Numbered from the stretch's first letter, positions 1 through 10,467 are shown. The stretch: 64,000 bases of DNA from Clostridia bacterium (GCA_017938885.1 JAGBAS010000116.1:2760-66759); one strand, 5' to 3'. Numbers and translations: made by a program. The notes: generated from the letters alone by a model not told the origin.

Positions 1-746
1 CCGACCCCGAGGCAGAAGGTCTGGTTATAGGCCGTAACGCCGTCCGCGAGCTGCTCCGCTCGGACCGCACCGTGGACAAGCTCCTGGTGCGCCGCGGCGA
101 CCGCGAGGGCTCCATCGTGGCTCTGGTAGCCGAGGCGGTGGAGAAGAACATCCCCATCGTGGAGGTGGACAAGGCCAAGCTGGACTCCCTGGCGGGCTTT
201 GTGCCCCATCAGGGCATCATCGCCATGGTGGCCCAGAAGGACTACTGCACCGTGGAGGACATCCTGGCTATCGCCACCGAGCGGGGAGAGGCCCCCTTCA
301 TCGTCATCGCCGACGGCATCACCGACCCCTATAACCTGGGTGCCCTGATCCGTTGCGCCGAGGGATGTGGCGCCCACGGTCTCATCATCCCCCGCCGCCG
401 CGCCGTGGGGCTGACCGCCCTGGTGGCCAAGTCATCGGCGGGTGCCATGGAGCATCTGGCGGTGGCCAAGGTGGCCAATATCCACCAGACCGTTCTTGAC
501 CTGCAAAAGGAGGGTATCTGGGTCTACGCCGCCGAGGCGGGAGGCTCCGCTCACTACGACACCAATTTCAAAGGCCCCTGCGCCCTGGTCATGGGCAGCG
601 AGGGGGAAGGCGTGTCCCGCGTGGTGAAGGATACCTGTGACGGGATCGTCTCCATTCCCATGTACGGTCACGTCAATTCCTTCAACGTCTCCACCGCCGC
701 TTCGGTCATCCTGGCCGAGATCGCCCGCCAGCATCATATGGAATAA
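1..746 (+). CDS. rlmB: 23S rRNA (guanosine-2'-O)-methyltransferase RlmB (SpoU/TrmH family), 5'-truncated by window edge
   Basis: The frame is open from nt 3 (..GRNAVRELLRSDRTVDKLLV..), upstream of the GTG at 72 used in the ORF track. SpoU motifs are present: DPYNLGALIRCAEG, LVMGSEGEGVS, IPMYGHVNSFNVS. Confidence 0.85.
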   Translation, partial: DPEAEGLVIGRNAVRELLRSDRTVDKLLVRRGDREGSIVALVAEAVEKNIPIVEVDKAKLDSLAGFVPHQGIIAMVAQKDYCTVEDILAIATERGEAPFIVIADGITDPYNLGALIRCAEGCGAHGLIIPRRRAVGLTALVAKSSAGAMEHLAVAKVANIHQTVLDLQKEGIWVYAAEAGGSAHYDTNFKGPCALVMGSEGEGVSRVVKDTCDGIVSIPMYGHVNSFNVSTAASVILAEIARQHHME

Positions 747-794
747 TTTGAGTTATGCTCCATCACAGAAAACAAAACGAAGGGAGGGAATCAC

Positions 795-3635
795 TTGCCC
801 GAGTCGAAAAAAACAACCAAAAAGCCTGAAACAACCTCCGCAAACGTGGATTGGGCGGAGCGGCTGAAGGCGTCCATGAATCAAACCCTCGGCGAGCGTA
901 CCGCCTCCGCGCCCATGGCGGAGGAGGATGATCTGGCTGCCCTGCTCCGCGCCCAGCTGGCGAAAAGGGAGGAGCCGCTTCCGACCGTGAATCAACCGGA
1001 CCTTGAGGGATTCGAGCAAGAAGAGCCGGCAGTACATACCGAGGAGCCGACCGTTGAGACGGCGTCCCCCGATCCCGTCGGGATGCCCGACTCTGTCAAA
1101 GAGAATGCCGGGGAGCCGACTGACGAGGCAGCATTCCATGAGCCCGCCGAAGCCTTTGTCCCCGCCGAAGCCTTTGTCCCCGCCGAAGCCAATATCGAGG
1201 AGCCGACCGTTGCGGTGAAGTCCGACGCCCCCGTCGAGAGCCTTGCTCCTACCGAAGCCGATAACGCCGTATCGGCGGGCAACAGAGCTGAAGTCCCCTG
1301 TCCGGAGGCACTTCTGTCCATGCCGACCGACGGGGAAGAGGACCTGCTTTCCCCCGACGGAGTTATCGGGGATCCACGGCTGGTCGCGGCCGAAAGGGAG
1401 AGCGCGCGTCTGCTGGAGGAGCTGTATCCGGAGGAGCCTGCCCGCAAGGAGGATGAGCTTCCCCCGGCTGAGGACGGGCTTGCGGAGGAGCCGTTCTCTC
1501 AGCCCTCAGAGCCATCGGATCGGGGAGACGCCGCCGTGCCGCCCTCCATCGACCCCTTGCAGCTGGGGCTGGACGACATCCTGCCCCACGGCGAGACCGT
1601 CGGCCTGCTCCGCGAGGAGGCGTCGGACGGATCTGCCTCGGGAAGCTACGCCGCTTCCATGATCCGAACCTCCCAGGAGAGTGCCGTACAGGATACCGAG
1701 CTCTACCTGAGCCTGGGCTATGAGGAGCAGATCGCCCGAACCGACCGCCATGCCGTCCTGGAGGAGGCGCGCCGCCGTGCGCGGGAGAGGGCGGAGCAGT
1801 CCTCCCGAAATGAAACCGCAACCGTCAAGTCCCGCCGTGAATATACCGACCGCTCCCAGACTCCCGGGATCGAGGGCTCCTACAGCCGCGCCAAGCGTGG
1901 GGGGATGGCCCGTCTGTGCGTGGCGGCGGTGGGGGCTCTGTTCGGGCTTTTGTACGATCTTTTGGGCGTTCTGAACCTCTTGCCGGGATTATTCGTCGAT
2001 CCGACTGTTCCGCTGTATCCGCTCCTTAGCGTGCTGTGGACGCTGTTTGTCTGTATCCCTTTTCTGAGCCGCCTCGGACGGGGGCTGAAGAGCCTGATGG
2101 ATTTTGAGCCGACCCGCTATGCGGTGTCTGCGGTGGCTCTCCTGGCGGCCGTTGCCTACGGCATCCTGGGGATCTTTATCCCCATGCCCTGCCTGTACGG
2201 CGGAGTCGCTTTGCTGATGCTGACAGTCGCCGCCGCTTCGGAATATATGACGGTCATAGCCGAGAGCCTGGCCTTTTCGGTGGTATCCGCCGGGAAACCC
2301 GTGTACACTCTCACCGACGAATTGACCCCCGCTTCTGCGGCCAATGCAGAGGCAGCGCCCAAGGAGCGCACCCTGACCGCCGTCCGCGCCGGAAGACTGG
2401 CGGATTATTTCGCGCGCACCGGACGGTATAATCCCTACATGGGTCGCTTGAATTACCTCCTTCCCGTTGCTCTGCTGGCCGCGATCCTTTGCGCGGGACT
2501 GGCACTTCTGCGGGGCGGGAGCATCATGGCGCACGCTCTGCCCGTTTTCATGGGAACCTACCTGCTTTGCCTGCCCGCCGCATACCTGGTGGCCATGTGC
2601 CTGCCGCTTTTACGGGCGAACGGCCTTCTGGGGCGAAAGGGGGCTGCGGTGATCGGAGCTGCCGCGCCTGCGGACACCGTGCAGAAGGGAAGCACGCGCA
2701 TCTTGATCCCCGACGGGGATGCTCTGGGCGGCCTCAACCGCAAGGAGATCACCCTGCGGGACGATCCGCACATCTCTCTTTGGCGTCATAAGGCCAACTG
2801 CCTGTTTTTGCTGCTGGAAAGCACGCTGAGCCGCGAGCCTGTCTCGGGGCAGGAGGGAAGCGAGGGCTTTGCGGTTGAGGTCGCAGAGACCGAGGAGGGA
2901 TACGCACGGCTGTATCTGGTGGATCTGCGGGGGGGAGACACCACCGAGATCATGATGGGCTCCCGCGATGCCCTGTCCCGCCGTGGGATCCGCCTTCCCA
3001 AGGCATCCATGGAGCGGGTCTACAAGAAGACCGAGGACAGTCAGGTGATCTACCTGGCCTTTGACCGCACCTTCCGCATTGCCTATTCGGTGGAGTACCG
3101 CGTGGGCCGCACCTTCGCCCGCGCTGTCTCCGGCCTTGCCTCCATGGGGGATACGGCCGCCGTGGTGACCTATGATCCCATGGTCAGCGCCGCACTCCTG
3201 GAAGCGGAGGGTCTTGAATCTGCCGCCGGGGCAAGACTGCTGCGCCCCTCTTATGCGGAGCCCTTCTGCCGTTTTCGCTCGGGCAATACCGTCGCAACGG
3301 GACGGAGCCTGGATCTTCTCTACCCCTACGCCGCCTGCCGCCGTATGCGTCGCGTATACCGTTTGGCGCACTGGTTGGCCTGGCTGTCCTTGCCCTTTTC
3401 GGTGGGAATCGCTGTACTGGCGGTGCTCACGGGGCAGGATATCCTGCTGTCCTCCGCCGCCGTATCCGCATGGCAGCTTCTTTGGACGGGACTGCTCACC
3501 CTGGTCAGCCTGTCCTCTGTGACCCGCAAAGCTCTGTTTTTGCCGTCGGATCGGATGGCCAAGCGGCCTTCCGAACCGATTCCCGAGGCGACTCCATCCC
3601 AAACCAATACAGATAAGGATCAAACATCATCATGA
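795..3635 (+). CDS. Large multi-pass membrane protein of unknown function with acidic Pro/Glu/Ala-rich N-terminal region
   Basis: 946-codon ORF with a TTG start 7 nt after GGGAGGG. The N-terminal ~350 aa are low-complexity and acidic. Several hydrophobic helices follow (LCVAAVGALFGLLYDLLGV, LLAAVAYGILGIFIPMP, etc.). The stop overlaps the next start (ATGA). Confidence 0.7.
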   Translation: MPESKKTTKKPETTSANVDWAERLKASMNQTLGERTASAPMAEEDDLAALLRAQLAKREEPLPTVNQPDLEGFEQEEPAVHTEEPTVETASPDPVGMPDSVKENAGEPTDEAAFHEPAEAFVPAEAFVPAEANIEEPTVAVKSDAPVESLAPTEADNAVSAGNRAEVPCPEALLSMPTDGEEDLLSPDGVIGDPRLVAAERESARLLEELYPEEPARKEDELPPAEDGLAEEPFSQPSEPSDRGDAAVPPSIDPLQLGLDDILPHGETVGLLREEASDGSASGSYAASMIRTSQESAVQDTELYLSLGYEEQIARTDRHAVLEEARRRARERAEQSSRNETATVKSRREYTDRSQTPGIEGSYSRAKRGGMARLCVAAVGALFGLLYDLLGVLNLLPGLFVDPTVPLYPLLSVLWTLFVCIPFLSRLGRGLKSLMDFEPTRYAVSAVALLAAVAYGILGIFIPMPCLYGGVALLMLTVAAASEYMTVIAESLAFSVVSAGKPVYTLTDELTPASAANAEAAPKERTLTAVRAGRLADYFARTGRYNPYMGRLNYLLPVALLAAILCAGLALLRGGSIMAHALPVFMGTYLLCLPAAYLVAMCLPLLRANGLLGRKGAAVIGAAAPADTVQKGSTRILIPDGDALGGLNRKEITLRDDPHISLWRHKANCLFLLLESTLSREPVSGQEGSEGFAVEVAETEEGYARLYLVDLRGGDTTEIMMGSRDALSRRGIRLPKASMERVYKKTEDSQVIYLAFDRTFRIAYSVEYRVGRTFARAVSGLASMGDTAAVVTYDPMVSAALLEAEGLESAAGARLLRPSYAEPFCRFRSGNTVATGRSLDLLYPYAACRRMRRVYRLAHWLAWLSLPFSVGIAVLAVLTGQDILLSSAAVSAWQLLWTGLLTLVSLSSVTRKALFLPSDRMAKRPSEPIPEATPSQTNTDKDQTSS
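1143..1190 (+). repeat. 18-bp in-frame tandem repeat (2.7 copies) encoding PAEAFV-PAEAFV-PAEA
   Basis: cccgccgaagcctttgtc occurs at 1143-1160 and 1161-1178, with a partial copy at 1179-1190. Confidence 0.9.
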
Positions 3636-5491
3636 ATCAGAACCAAAAGCGTATGCTTCTGACCTCCGTCTCCCGCCCCGGCCGTTACGCGGGCGGTGAG
3701 TACGGGCAGATCATCAAGGATAAGACCCAAGTCAAGGCGCGGTTCGCCTTCGCCTTCCCCGATTCCTACGAGATCGGTATGTCCAATCTGGGCGTCCGCA
3801 TCCTCTACCATTGCCTCAACCTCCACGACGACATCTGGTGCGAGCGCACCTACGCCCCCTGGGTGGATATGCAGGAGAAGATGCGTGAGCAGAACGTCCC
3901 CCTCACCTGCCTGGAGAGCGGCGACCCCGTCTCCGACTTCGATTTTCTGGGCTTCACCCTCCAGTACGAGATGTGCTATACCACCGTCCTCAATATGCTG
4001 GAGCTTTCGAAGATCCCCCTCCGCGCGGCGGACCGTGGAGAGGATTGCCCCCTGGTCATTGGCGGCGGCCCCTGCGCCTATAACCCCGAGCCCGTGGCCG
4101 ACTTCTTCGACCTCTTCAACATTGGCGAGGGCGAGGAGATGCTTCCCGAGATCGTCCGCCTCTACATCAGGATGAAGGATGAGGGCACCTACACCCGCGC
4201 CGCCTTCCTCCATGAGGCCGCCCGCACCATCCAAGGCGTCTACGTCCCCTCCCTCTACACCATTACCTATAACGCCGACGGCACCGTGGCCGCCTATACC
4301 CCCGTCTACGACGATATCCCGAAGACCGTCACCAAGCGCATCGTGAAGGACCTGGACAAGACCCCCTTCCCCGATAAGGTGGTCATGCCCTACATCGAGA
4401 CGGTCCAGGACCGCATCACCGTGGAGGTGGGGCGCGGCTGTATCCGTGGCTGCCGCTTCTGTCAGGCGGGTATGGTCTACCGCCCCGTCCGTGAAAAATC
4501 TCCCGAGGTGGTGGACTGCCAGTGCCGCGCCATCTTCGAGTCCTCGGGCTACGAGGAGATGTCCCTCTCCTCCCTGTCCATCAGCGACTACACCAAGGTA
4601 AACGAGCTGACCGACAGCCTCCTGTCCTGGTCCAACCCCAACATGGTCAGCCTCTCCCTGCCTTCTCTCCGCGCCGACTCCTTCACCCGCGAGCTCATGG
4701 ACAAGGTGGCCTCCATCCGTAACTCCACCATCACCTTCGCCCCCGAGGCAGGCTCCCAGAGGTTGCGCGACGTCATCAACAAGAACCTCTACGAGGAAGA
4801 CCTTATGCGGGCGGTGAACGTGGCCTTCGACGTGGGCAAGAATCAGGTCAAGCTCTACTTCATGCAGGGCCACCCCACCGAGACCGACGAGGACCTGGCC
4901 GAGATTCCCGAGCTGGCCCACCGCGTGGTCTCCGCCTACTATCAGAACCCCAACCGCCGCAAGGGTCAGCACCCCCAGGTCACCATCAGCGTCTCCCCCT
5001 TCATCCCTAAGCCCTTCACCCCCTTCCAGTGGGAGCCCCAGGACACTTTGGAGGAGATGGAGCGCAAGCAGGCCTTCGTGGGCTCCTGCGTCCATGACCG
5101 CCGCGTGAAGTACAACTACCACAACGCCAAGACCTGCCACCTGGAGGCCGTTCTGGCCCGAGGCGACCGCCGTCTCGCCCCCGCCCTGGAGGAGGCCTGC
5201 CGCCGAGGCTTCAAGTTTGAGGCCTGGTCGGAGTTCTTCGACTACGAGGGCTGGCTGGACATCTTCGCCGCCACGGGCATCGACCCCGCCTTCTACGCCA
5301 ACCGCCGCTACGGTCTGGATGAAGTCCTTCCTTGGGACGTCATCGACTGCGGCGTGACCAAAAAGTTCCTGCAAAGAGAAAACGCCCGTGCCCATGAGGG
5401 GAACACCACCCCCAACTGCCGAGAGAACTGCTCGGGCTGCGGAGCCAATAAGATGGGAGGTGAGCGCGCATGCTGTCCCAAGGTAAAGTGA
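3632..5491 (+). CDS. B12-binding-domain radical SAM protein, TIGR03960-like
   Basis: The N-terminus VSRPGRYAGGEYGQIIKDK is typical of the family. A radical-SAM Cys cluster is present (GRGCIRGCRFCQAG). It is followed by its usual DUF2344 partner. Confidence 0.8.
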   Translation: MNQNQKRMLLTSVSRPGRYAGGEYGQIIKDKTQVKARFAFAFPDSYEIGMSNLGVRILYHCLNLHDDIWCERTYAPWVDMQEKMREQNVPLTCLESGDPVSDFDFLGFTLQYEMCYTTVLNMLELSKIPLRAADRGEDCPLVIGGGPCAYNPEPVADFFDLFNIGEGEEMLPEIVRLYIRMKDEGTYTRAAFLHEAARTIQGVYVPSLYTITYNADGTVAAYTPVYDDIPKTVTKRIVKDLDKTPFPDKVVMPYIETVQDRITVEVGRGCIRGCRFCQAGMVYRPVREKSPEVVDCQCRAIFESSGYEEMSLSSLSISDYTKVNELTDSLLSWSNPNMVSLSLPSLRADSFTRELMDKVASIRNSTITFAPEAGSQRLRDVINKNLYEEDLMRAVNVAFDVGKNQVKLYFMQGHPTETDEDLAEIPELAHRVVSAYYQNPNRRKGQHPQVTISVSPFIPKPFTPFQWEPQDTLEEMERKQAFVGSCVHDRRVKYNYHNAKTCHLEAVLARGDRRLAPALEEACRRGFKFEAWSEFFDYEGWLDIFAATGIDPAFYANRRYGLDEVLPWDVIDCGVTKKFLQRENARAHEGNTTPNCRENCSGCGANKMGGERACCPKVK

Positions 5492-6225
5492 ATCGTATCT
5501 CCAAATTCGACCGCGAGAAGCTGGATGCCCCCATCACGGTCCGCGTGGTCTTCCAGAAAACGGGCAACCTCCAGTATTTCTCCCACCTGGACCTCCAGCG
5601 TACCTGGCAGAGAGTCCTGGTCCGCGCCTCCATCCCCATGTGGTATACCCAGGGCTTCAACCCCCACTCCAAAATCACCTTTGGCGTCCCCCTCCCCGTA
5701 GGCTCCGAGGGTATGGAGGAGATGGTGGATCTTCGCATCGACCGTCAGATCACCCCCGCCGAGATCAAGGCCCAGCTCAACGCCGAGCTGACGAGTGAGA
5801 TGCAGGTCTCCGAGGTCTATATCCCCACCACCGCCTTCTCGGATATCGCGTGGGGCACCTACCAGATGACGGTCAAGACCCCCGGCGACCCCATCGACAA
5901 CGCCGCCGCCATCAATAAGATCTTCGCCCCCGACGCAGAGCCCATCATCATGACCAAGCGAAGCAAGTCGGGGGACAAGGAGGTCAACATCCTCCCCATG
6001 ATCCACAGCGTCAAGGCCGTGGCCGCCGACGGACTCATCAAGATCCGCGCTACTCTGCGCGCGGGCAACACCGAGAACCTGAATCCCGAATACCTCATCA
6101 AAGCCATGCGGGATCGGCTGGGTATACTCCCCGAGGACGGAAGCACCGAGGAGGTCTGGTACCGCATCCTGCGCATTGGGTTCCACGATGAGAAGGGCGT
6201 TGCGGTAGGGAAGTGGTTCCGATAA
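5470..6225 (+). CDS. Radical-SAM-associated protein, TIGR03936/DUF2344-like
   Basis: Motifs FSHLDLQRTWQRVLVRASIPMWYTQGFNPHSKITFGVPLPVG. It overlaps the upstream radical SAM gene by 22 nt. Confidence 0.8.
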   Translation: MLSQGKVNRISKFDREKLDAPITVRVVFQKTGNLQYFSHLDLQRTWQRVLVRASIPMWYTQGFNPHSKITFGVPLPVGSEGMEEMVDLRIDRQITPAEIKAQLNAELTSEMQVSEVYIPTTAFSDIAWGTYQMTVKTPGDPIDNAAAINKIFAPDAEPIIMTKRSKSGDKEVNILPMIHSVKAVAADGLIKIRATLRAGNTENLNPEYLIKAMRDRLGILPEDGSTEEVWYRILRIGFHDEKGVAVGKWFR

Positions 6226-6280
6226 GGTATACAAAGTTACAATTACAAGAAAGGCTTGAGTTTGAAGGAGAATACACACT

Positions 6281-6802
6281 ATGAAGAACCGTGAAGTCCG
6301 CATCCACGCGGAATTCAAAGGCGAAGTCTCCCCCGAGAACCGCCGCCTGCTGGTCCGCCGCGTGGCCATCCGTTCCACCCTGTCCTTTCTGGCTCTCATG
6401 CTCCCGCTTATCGTCATCTTCTTGCTCATTCTGATTTGGGAATGGGGCTGGGGAGAGCGGTGTGCTTTCATGACGGTCTTCTGCTTTGGACTTTGCCTAC
6501 TGGGCGCTCTCCTGATCTTCGCCCTGTCCTTCACCAAGAAGCAACAAAATGAGCTGTTCCCCACCCGCGCCGTCTTCTACGCCGATCGGGACGAAAGCGT
6601 TCTTTTCGAATGTCCCAAACGCCGCCTGGAGCTGTACCGTGAGGACATCCGCCGCGTGGTGGACATGGGCGCCTACTACTACCTCGATATCCCCGCCCAG
6701 AGCGGCCGAGGCATGGTTTGCCAGAAGGACCTCATGACCATTGGCACCGAGGAGGCCTTTGAGAAGCTGTTTGAGGGGAAGATCGAGCGCAACCAGAAGT
6801 AA
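6281..6802 (+). CDS. Hypothetical two-helix membrane protein
   Basis: SD GAAGGAG lies upstream. Two hydrophobic helices (LSFLALMLPLIVIFLLILIW, VFCFGLCLLGALLIFALSF) precede a soluble C-terminal domain. Confidence 0.7.
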   Translation: MKNREVRIHAEFKGEVSPENRRLLVRRVAIRSTLSFLALMLPLIVIFLLILIWEWGWGERCAFMTVFCFGLCLLGALLIFALSFTKKQQNELFPTRAVFYADRDESVLFECPKRRLELYREDIRRVVDMGAYYYLDIPAQSGRGMVCQKDLMTIGTEEAFEKLFEGKIERNQK

Positions 6803-6817
6803 ACAAGCATAGCAAAA

Positions 6818-6841
6818 GGGCGATCCCCGTGGGGATCGCCC
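6818..6841. terminator. Bidirectional hairpin between convergent genes
   Basis: gggcgatcccc-gt-ggggatcgccc is an 11-bp perfect inverted repeat between the stops at 6802 (+) and 6852 (-). Confidence 0.7.
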
Positions 6842-6851
6842 TAAATGAAGG

Positions 6852-8846
6852 TTAGTACGCCTCAATTTCTCCCATAGACTCATACCCCGTATAAGTCGAA
6901 GGATGAATCACGCCGTCCACCACCGTACCCGTGGCAGACCCGCCGCCCACGATGGAGTAGGTCTCCCCCGCCGTCAGGTCAGCCGAGCTGAAGACGATGG
7001 AGGAAATGGCCTTGGGCAGCTCGAAGGCCGCCAATACTTTGCCGTCGCTGTCCACGATACCGATGGTCTCGCCTGCGGATATGCCTCCGCTTCGCCAGGA
7101 GGCCGCCAGCACCGCCTGCCCCGCATTCTCGGCCGACTCGGCCATGCCGTTACTGCCCACGGCCAGAAGGGTACCGCCCGAGACCGTAACGCCGTAATTC
7201 CCGTCGCCCGAATCAATGGGGCCGTTACCGTTGTCGGTGGGGCCGTAGACGATCACCGTACCGCCCGAGATCACGATGTTTCCGTTGGAATCAATGCCGT
7301 CACCCGCCGCGTTGAAGACCGAATAGCCTCCCGCGAAGGTGAGAACAGGTGTCTCGGTAGAGACCGAAGTATCGGTACTGCCGCTGTTGGAGCCTTGGCC
7401 CCACCAGCCACCCATACCGCCGGGTCTGCCCCCGCCGGGGCCGCCCATCATACCGCCGCCCGTGCCGTTTGTGGCATTAGCGCCGTCGTCGGAGGAAGTG
7501 ATGCGGTTGGTACCCCCCAGGATGTTGATGTGAAGGGCCTCCAGGCCCTCATAGCTTTGAGCGACCGTAAGGACGCCGCCGCTGACCGTCAGCTCCTTCT
7601 CGGCGTGGATGCCGTCGTCCGCCGCGCGGATGTGGAGAGTGCCGTCGGCGATGTGGACGTCGCCGTCGCTGTGGATGCCGTCGTCCTGAGCCACGATGGT
7701 GACCTTACCGCCCTTGACGGTGAGGGTCCCTGCGGCCTTCAGACCCTTGGCGCTGATGGCGGCCTTGTCGGCAGAGCTTTCACCCATACCGCCGGGTCCC
7801 CCGGGTCGGCCGCCGCCGCCCATGCCCCCGAAGCCGCCCCCCATAGAGCCGCCGGTGGGATTGCCCGAAGATTCCTCCAGCACTACGCCGTCGGTGTCGG
7901 TGGTGGTCAGCACCAGGTTCCCGCCGCTGACCGTGAGATCGGTAGCCGCCGAGAGCCCGTCGCCCTTGGCGGTGATATAGAGGGAACCGCCCTCGACCGT
8001 GAGGTATCCCTTACCCTCGGTCTCGGTGTTGGCGGTCTTGACGCCGTCCCCGCCCGAATTGACAGTGACGGTGCCGCCGCTCATCTCCAGGGAATCATTG
8101 GCGCGGATGCCCACGCCCGCTGACGTGACCGTGACGGTTCCGCCCTTGATTTTGAGATCGTCCTTGGTGTTGATGCCCTTGTCGGCGTTGCCCGTGATGT
8201 GGAGCTCGCCGTTACCATCCAATTCCAGATCCTCGCAGGAATAGATACAGGCGTTGGGGTAGATCTCTCCCTCCGCCTGCTCCTCGTCGGGAACGACATA
8301 ACCCGAGCCGTCCGAGAGGAGGTTCACCGAGCCCGCCACGGTGGAGATGACCACCTTCTTGGGGGCTGACCGAATATATACTGCGGGCCCCGTAGGGCAG
8401 AACAGCGAAACGCCGTTGAGGATCAAGGTGACCTTTTTCTCGTCAGCTGTATCCACAATGAGCTGACCGTCTGTGAGACTCCCCTCGATGAGGTAGGTGC
8501 CGGCGCTCGTCACAGTCACAACAGAGCCGTTTGCAGCTGCGCCTGCGCCGGTCACGGTAACGGTTTCGCCTAAAGTGATGACGGTTTCGGTGGTTGGCTC
8601 ATAGGAGCCCGCAGTAGGTGTATCAGCGGTGGCCGCCTCGGGAGCGGTTTCGGGCTGGGCGGAGATCTCCGCGTTGCCTGTGGTGGGTTCCATAACGGTC
8701 CCGTTCACCACAGCGGTGGCGGGGGTGGAAGCGGAGTCTGTGGCATCGCCTTCGGTGTGGCCGTCCGGTCTTTCCCCGCATGAGGTCAGCAGGGCAAGGG
8801 TGACGGCCAAGGCGAGACAGGCAGAGGCTTGGCGGGAATGTTTCAT
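6852..8846 (-). CDS. Secreted lipoprotein with beta-helix-like repeats and Gly-rich linkers (carbohydrate-binding Cthe_2159-like family)
   Basis: Signal/lipobox MKHSRQASACLALAVTLALLTSC. Repeated ..VTVSGG/TVTVTSAG.. strands and GGxGGP-rich linkers are present. I prefer the ATG at 8846 (AGGA 11 nt upstream) over the ORF-track start at 8879. Confidence 0.7.
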   Translation of the reverse strand: MKHSRQASACLALAVTLALLTSCGERPDGHTEGDATDSASTPATAVVNGTVMEPTTGNAEISAQPETAPEAATADTPTAGSYEPTTETVITLGETVTVTGAGAAANGSVVTVTSAGTYLIEGSLTDGQLIVDTADEKKVTLILNGVSLFCPTGPAVYIRSAPKKVVISTVAGSVNLLSDGSGYVVPDEEQAEGEIYPNACIYSCEDLELDGNGELHITGNADKGINTKDDLKIKGGTVTVTSAGVGIRANDSLEMSGGTVTVNSGGDGVKTANTETEGKGYLTVEGGSLYITAKGDGLSAATDLTVSGGNLVLTTTDTDGVVLEESSGNPTGGSMGGGFGGMGGGGRPGGPGGMGESSADKAAISAKGLKAAGTLTVKGGKVTIVAQDDGIHSDGDVHIADGTLHIRAADDGIHAEKELTVSGGVLTVAQSYEGLEALHINILGGTNRITSSDDGANATNGTGGGMMGGPGGGRPGGMGGWWGQGSNSGSTDTSVSTETPVLTFAGGYSVFNAAGDGIDSNGNIVISGGTVIVYGPTDNGNGPIDSGDGNYGVTVSGGTLLAVGSNGMAESAENAGQAVLAASWRSGGISAGETIGIVDSDGKVLAAFELPKAISSIVFSSADLTAGETYSIVGGGSATGTVVDGVIHPSTYTGYESMGEIEAY

Positions 8847-9023
8847 AGTCCAATACATCCTTTTCTTGGTATCTGCCACCAGTATACCCGTTTCCTGTGT
8901 TCAAAAAAAGAACGAATAATTGAAGAAATTTGAAGCTTTCGTGAACTTTTTCAAAACCGAAAACCGAACGGTCATACCTATGACCGAATGACGATATTTC
9001 ATTGATGCGAAAGGAAAAATTGC

Positions 9024-10283
9024 ATGAAATTGATTCTTGTGGCCACCTGTATGTTCGGACTGGAAAAGCTCCTTGGCGAGGAGATCGATGCCCTGGGACT
9101 CAAACGCCTGGAGACCATGGACGGGCGCGTGACCTTTGAGGGCACCGAGACCGATATCCCCCGCGCCAATATCAACCTGCGGTGCGCCGAGCGGGTGTTC
9201 GTCCATATGGGCGCATTCCCCGCCCACAGCTTTTCCGAACTCTTCGATGGTGTAAGGTCTCTTCCTTGGGAGGATTGGATTAGCCGCGCCGACGCCTTCC
9301 CCGTGAAGGGACACTCTATCAAGAGCGGCCTGACCTCTTTGCCCGACTGCCAGAGCATCGTCAAAAAGGCGGTGGTGGAGCGGCTGAAGGAGCGGTACGG
9401 TATTTCCTGGTTCGAGGAAACGGGAGCAAAATATCAGATCGAATTCTTCATCTTCAAGGATATGGCTCACCTTATGATCGACACCTCGGGCGTGGCGCTC
9501 CACAAGCGTGGCTACCGTCCCGAGGCGGGAGCCGCCCCTTTGCGCGAGACCCTGGCCGCCGCCCTGGTCATGACCGCCCGCCCCCGTGAGGATATCCTTT
9601 TCTGGGATCCCTTCTGCGGCTCGGGGACCATCGCCATCGAAGCCGCCATGCTGGTCAGCGGACGTGCGCCGGGTCTGGGACGCAGCTTTGCGGGGGAAGC
9701 CTTCGCCAATATTCCCGGGGCTCTTTGGGCGAATGCCCGCGCCGAGGCGCAGGGAAGGATCCGCACCGACTGTAAATTCGAGGTCTACGCCTCGGACATC
9801 GACGAGGACATCCTGGACATCACCTACGAAAACGCCCTGCGCGCCGGGGTGGAGGAGTATATCAACATATTCCAAGCCGATGCCCGTCAGATCAAAAAGG
9901 AGGACAGAAAGGGAACTGTGGTCTGCAATCCGCCCTACGGCGAGCGTATGGGGGAGCGAGAGGAGATCGAGCGGCTCTACCAACAGCTGGGCGGAAGCTT
10001 CAAGGCTTTGTATCCTTGGCAGATCTACGTCCTGACCTCCTCTGACCGCTTCGACCGTCTCTACGGTCAGCGGGCGGATAAGGTCAAGAAGCTGTACAAC
10101 GGTATGCTCCCCTGCTACCTCTACGAGTACTTCAAGCCCGCCGAGGCACGGAGCAACGGGGCAAGGACGGCCAAGGAGATTTTCGACCGCAAGCCTGACC
10201 GCCGTCCCGAGGGCAGAGACCGTGACCGTAAGCCCTACGGCCCCCGGAATGACCGCGCCGATCCTCCGAAAAAGAAATTGTAA
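9024..10283 (+). CDS. THUMP-domain class I SAM-dependent RNA methyltransferase (RlmL/YpsC-like) with basic C-terminal tail
   Basis: N-terminal THUMP-like region (ATCMFGLEKLLGEEI..). Methylase motifs DPFCGSGTIAIEA and a catalytic NPPYGERM are present. Confidence 0.85.
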   Translation: MKLILVATCMFGLEKLLGEEIDALGLKRLETMDGRVTFEGTETDIPRANINLRCAERVFVHMGAFPAHSFSELFDGVRSLPWEDWISRADAFPVKGHSIKSGLTSLPDCQSIVKKAVVERLKERYGISWFEETGAKYQIEFFIFKDMAHLMIDTSGVALHKRGYRPEAGAAPLRETLAAALVMTARPREDILFWDPFCGSGTIAIEAAMLVSGRAPGLGRSFAGEAFANIPGALWANARAEAQGRIRTDCKFEVYASDIDEDILDITYENALRAGVEEYINIFQADARQIKKEDRKGTVVCNPPYGERMGEREEIERLYQQLGGSFKALYPWQIYVLTSSDRFDRLYGQRADKVKKLYNGMLPCYLYEYFKPAEARSNGARTAKEIFDRKPDRRPEGRDRDRKPYGPRNDRADPPKKKL

Positions 10284-10467
10284 GTGTGTATGGCAAGGCC
10301 GTTTGTCGAATCGATCAACGGCCTTGGGTAAACTTGCACATCATATCCTTGACCTACCACATAATCACCAACCGTCAGCTTTGGGACATTTGCCCCCGCC
10401 TCTCGGGGAGAATAAGAAGAAATTGTAAATAATGACACCTTTCTTGCCCAAAATCACAAAAAACCTG

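Noticed and set aside
3620-5395. 591-aa minus-strand ORF antisense to the radical SAM gene. Similar long antisense ORFs lie at 16084-17949, 46824-48848, 50337-52304, 52961-54694 and 10630-11616.
   Set aside because: These are typical high-GC antisense shadow ORFs. They are Gly/Ala/Leu/Val/Asp/His-rich with no SD and sit opposite genes with clear family motifs.
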